38,103 nt of DNA from a virus: the UHGV virus genome UHGV-0235457; one strand, given 5' to 3'. The translations under genes and the position numbers were made by a program. The notes beneath the pieces are model-generated. The model worked only from the letters and a program-made list of their open reading frames with translations, had not been told where the DNA came from and did no database searches. Below, one piece after another: positions 35,744-38,103 of the stretch; position 1 is the stretch's first letter, and every line of letters begins with the position of its first letter.

Positions 35744-36745
35744 ATGTCGGTTCGTAAGATTCCATCAGGTAAATGGCTTTGCGAATGTTATCCCTACGGG
35801 GCATCGGGAAAACGCATTCGTAAACAGTTTGCGACAAAAAGTGAGGCGCTCTCTTATGAGCGCCGTTTAATGAATAGTAGAGTTGGAGACGAGTTTCAAG
35901 ATGGTTCTGGTCCTCGTCTTTCTGAGTTGATTGCTCGTTGGTTTGAGATGTACGGTAAAACCTTGTCCTCTGGTGCAGAGCGCAAAGTCAAACTTGAGGC
36001 GATTTGTTCCAGGCTGGGAGATCCATTTGCTTCTCAGTTTGACAAAAATATGTTTGCCACTTATCGGGAAAGAAGGCTATCAGGAGAATGGAATCCCAAG
36101 GGGAAGAAAAAACTTAGTGAAGCAACCGTTAATCGCGAGCAGTCATATCTACATGCTGTTTTTGCCGAACTGAAGCGCCTTGGGGAGTGGTCTGGTGAAA
36201 ACCCCCTGACTGGTATTCGCAAGTTTCGTGAGGAAGAAAAGGAACTGGCGTTTCTGTATGTAGATGAGATTGAACGCCTTCTGATTGCGTGTGATGAGTC
36301 ACGGAATAAAGATTTGGGGGTTGTTGTCCGTATTGGGCTTGCGACTGGTGCTCGGTGGAGTGAAGCAGAAGGATTAAAGCAATCTCAAGTACTGCCCGGT
36401 CGAATCACATTTGTTAAAACTAAAGGAAAGAAGAACCGCACTGTACCGATTTCACCTCAATTGCAGGCTATGCTTCCCAAAAAACGAGGAGCGCTATTTT
36501 CACCATGTTATGAGGCTTTTGACGCTGCAATTAAGAGAGCGAAGATCGAGCTTCCTGATGGGCAATTAACTCATGTGCTACGTCACACGTTTGCCAGTCA
36601 TTTTATGATGCGGGGCGGAAATATTCTTGTGTTGCAAAAAATACTGGGGCATAGCGATATAAAAATGACTATGCGTTATGCGCATTTTGCTCCAGGTCAT
36701 TTAGAGGCTGCTGTTGAATTGAACCCTTTTGACAATAGAGGGTAA
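35744..36745 (+). CDS. int: Tyrosine recombinase integrase, P2-like
   Basis: 333 aa; GKRIRKQF...SEA N-terminus, HVLRHTFASHF and MRYAHF motifs; adjacent to right att repeat. Confidence 0.9.
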   Translation: MSVRKIPSGKWLCECYPYGASGKRIRKQFATKSEALSYERRLMNSRVGDEFQDGSGPRLSELIARWFEMYGKTLSSGAERKVKLEAICSRLGDPFASQFDKNMFATYRERRLSGEWNPKGKKKLSEATVNREQSYLHAVFAELKRLGEWSGENPLTGIRKFREEEKELAFLYVDEIERLLIACDESRNKDLGVVVRIGLATGARWSEAEGLKQSQVLPGRITFVKTKGKKNRTVPISPQLQAMLPKKRGALFSPCYEAFDAAIKRAKIELPDGQLTHVLRHTFASHFMMRGGNILVLQKILGHSDIKMTMRYAHFAPGHLEAAVELNPFDNRG

Positions 36746-36860
36746 AAAGTGGCGATAAAAAGTGACAATAGATTCAAATGGCGTTGTATAGAGCCATTTT
36801 CAAAGTTAATAAAATCATAATGTTATGATTTATAAATGGTGGTTGATAGTTTTTAAAATC

Positions 36861-36906
36861 CCTCGGCGTTCGCGCTGTGCGGGTTCAAGTCCCGCTCCGG
36901 GTACCA
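36861..36906 (+). tRNA. Duplicated 3' fragment of tRNA-Leu at the right junction (partial, not a complete gene)
   Basis: Same 46 nt as 1-46 but preceded by phage sequence with only patchy tRNA similarity. Confidence 0.6.
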
Positions 36907-36979
36907 TGGGAAAGATAAGAATAAAATCAAAGCAATAAGCAGTGTCGTGAAACCACCTTCGGGTGGTTTTTTTGTATTT
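36861..36979. repeat. Right att direct repeat
   Basis: Identical to 1-119; similarity to the tRNA extends 9 bp further left (TTTAAAATC at 36852-36860). Confidence 0.85.
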
Positions 36980-37036
36980 TATTTTTCATTTCCGAAGATG
37001 CGTCCGAAGATGATTTTTCTCTGGACGCATCATCAT

Positions 37037-38083
37037 TCATTTTCTCTGGCCACCAACTACGGGCACTACTTTAACTTTTCGGTCATAGGCAGCTGTCTGT
37101 CGTGGGTTCTTATGCCCGGAAATTGCTTGCTTCTCTTCCAGGCTGCCTTCCAGATCAGAGATACCTTTTGCTTTCAGATCATGAAATGTGAAGTCTATTT
37201 GCAGATGAGGATATTTTTCCTGTGCTGCCGCTTTGACATCACGCCAACGAGAGTTAAAACCATCACGGGTATACTTGCCACCGGTAGTTTGATGAATCAC
37301 AAACAGGCTACTGATTCCCGTTTTTAATGGCAGAGAACGAGCCAGAGCTATCGCTTTCTGCAGACGAGGCGACCAGGCTTTGATTTGCTTAACGCCGGTT
37401 TTTCCCTGACGAATGTAGATCCCGGAATCGAACAGCTGGTCTTTCTGCAATGAAAGTACATCACTCTGTCTGGCCACGCATAAGTAGGCAATCTCCATTG
37501 CTACGCGAACAACATCAGGAGACACTTCATAAACGGCCTGATATTCTTCATCCGTAATATAGCGTTCGCGAGCTTTCTCTTTAAACTGTTTAACTCCCTG
37601 ACAAGGATTCCTCTGAACATAACCTCGTTCATAACCCCAACGGAATACCCGGGACATAAAGCTTTTTTCCCTGTTTGCCTGAGTTCGGCTTGATAAACCG
37701 CGTTGATCCATATAGCGCCGAATATGTTCAGGTTTGATTTTATCCGGGTCGATCTTCCCGAAGACAGGTAGAACTTTTCCGGAATATTTTGTGTAGTCTT
37801 TCCTGGTTTCGACTGCCAAATCCATAAAATCAGGGGAGGTCATGAATTGTTCCGTGAGCGCCTGAAAAGTATTTCTTTCTTTTTCGTCACCGACCGCTTT
37901 TTCATATGCCAGCCATACGGCTGATCGTGGCGCATCCAATGCGCACAGGCGTATCGCTTTGTTATCTTTATTCCTGAATTCGTAGGCCGCTTTGCCCTGG
38001 TAAACACGAGGCGGCATCCAGTTATCTGCTGGGTTCTTTCTCTTTCCGGCCATTAAATATTGCTCCAAAATCAGGTTCATCAT
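37037..38083 (-). CDS. Tyrosine recombinase integrase of a second integrative element
   Basis: 348 aa; HDLKAKG and AAYDR catalytic-region motifs; lies outside the right att repeat, 3' end facing the tRNA fragment. Confidence 0.8.
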   Translation of the reverse strand: MMNLILEQYLMAGKRKNPADNWMPPRVYQGKAAYEFRNKDNKAIRLCALDAPRSAVWLAYEKAVGDEKERNTFQALTEQFMTSPDFMDLAVETRKDYTKYSGKVLPVFGKIDPDKIKPEHIRRYMDQRGLSSRTQANREKSFMSRVFRWGYERGYVQRNPCQGVKQFKEKARERYITDEEYQAVYEVSPDVVRVAMEIAYLCVARQSDVLSLQKDQLFDSGIYIRQGKTGVKQIKAWSPRLQKAIALARSLPLKTGISSLFVIHQTTGGKYTRDGFNSRWRDVKAAAQEKYPHLQIDFTFHDLKAKGISDLEGSLEEKQAISGHKNPRQTAAYDRKVKVVPVVGGQRK

Positions 38084-38103
38084 CTTTTCGCGTCGTCACC
38101 TCC

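Larger units (their letters stand above)
1..36979. mobile_element. P2-family prophage integrated at tRNA-Leu
   Basis: Flanking direct repeats, P2-like integrase at the right end, complete P2-type head/tail/lysis/replication gene set. Confidence 0.9.

Overview
The window is almost entirely one ~37 kb P2-family prophage inserted at the 3' end of a tRNA-Leu gene. It is bounded by direct repeats of at least 119 bp (1-119 and 36861-36979, identity verified by eye), and a second tyrosine integrase lies just beyond the right repeat (tandem element). All calls are by reading the sequence and ORF track; no searches were run, so family names rest on recalled motifs. Left to right: tRNA fragment and att repeat; AT-rich cargo (secreted Cys-containing protein, a 46-codon hok-like toxin missing from the ORF track); ogr; tail gene D; sheath-tube-chaperone-tape measure-U block on the opposite strand to every other late gene; a Gin/Hin-family invertase with a Mu G-segment-like invertible tail-fibre cassette (inverted 26-bp crossover sites, two alternative fibre C-termini each with its own assembly chaperone); baseplate, lysis, head, terminase and portal genes; cos-containing intergenic region; a translationally coupled accessory operon downstream of replication gene A (ParM-like actin ATPase, ParR-like adaptor, ClpX zinc-binding-domain homologue, three unknowns); early operon; immunity switch; two cargo genes inside the lysogeny operon; P2-like integrase. 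The best candidates for an undescribed system are the parMR/ClpX-ZBD operon in the variable slot after gene A and the membrane/secreted protein pair between repressor and integrase. No CRISPR array or rRNA was seen.
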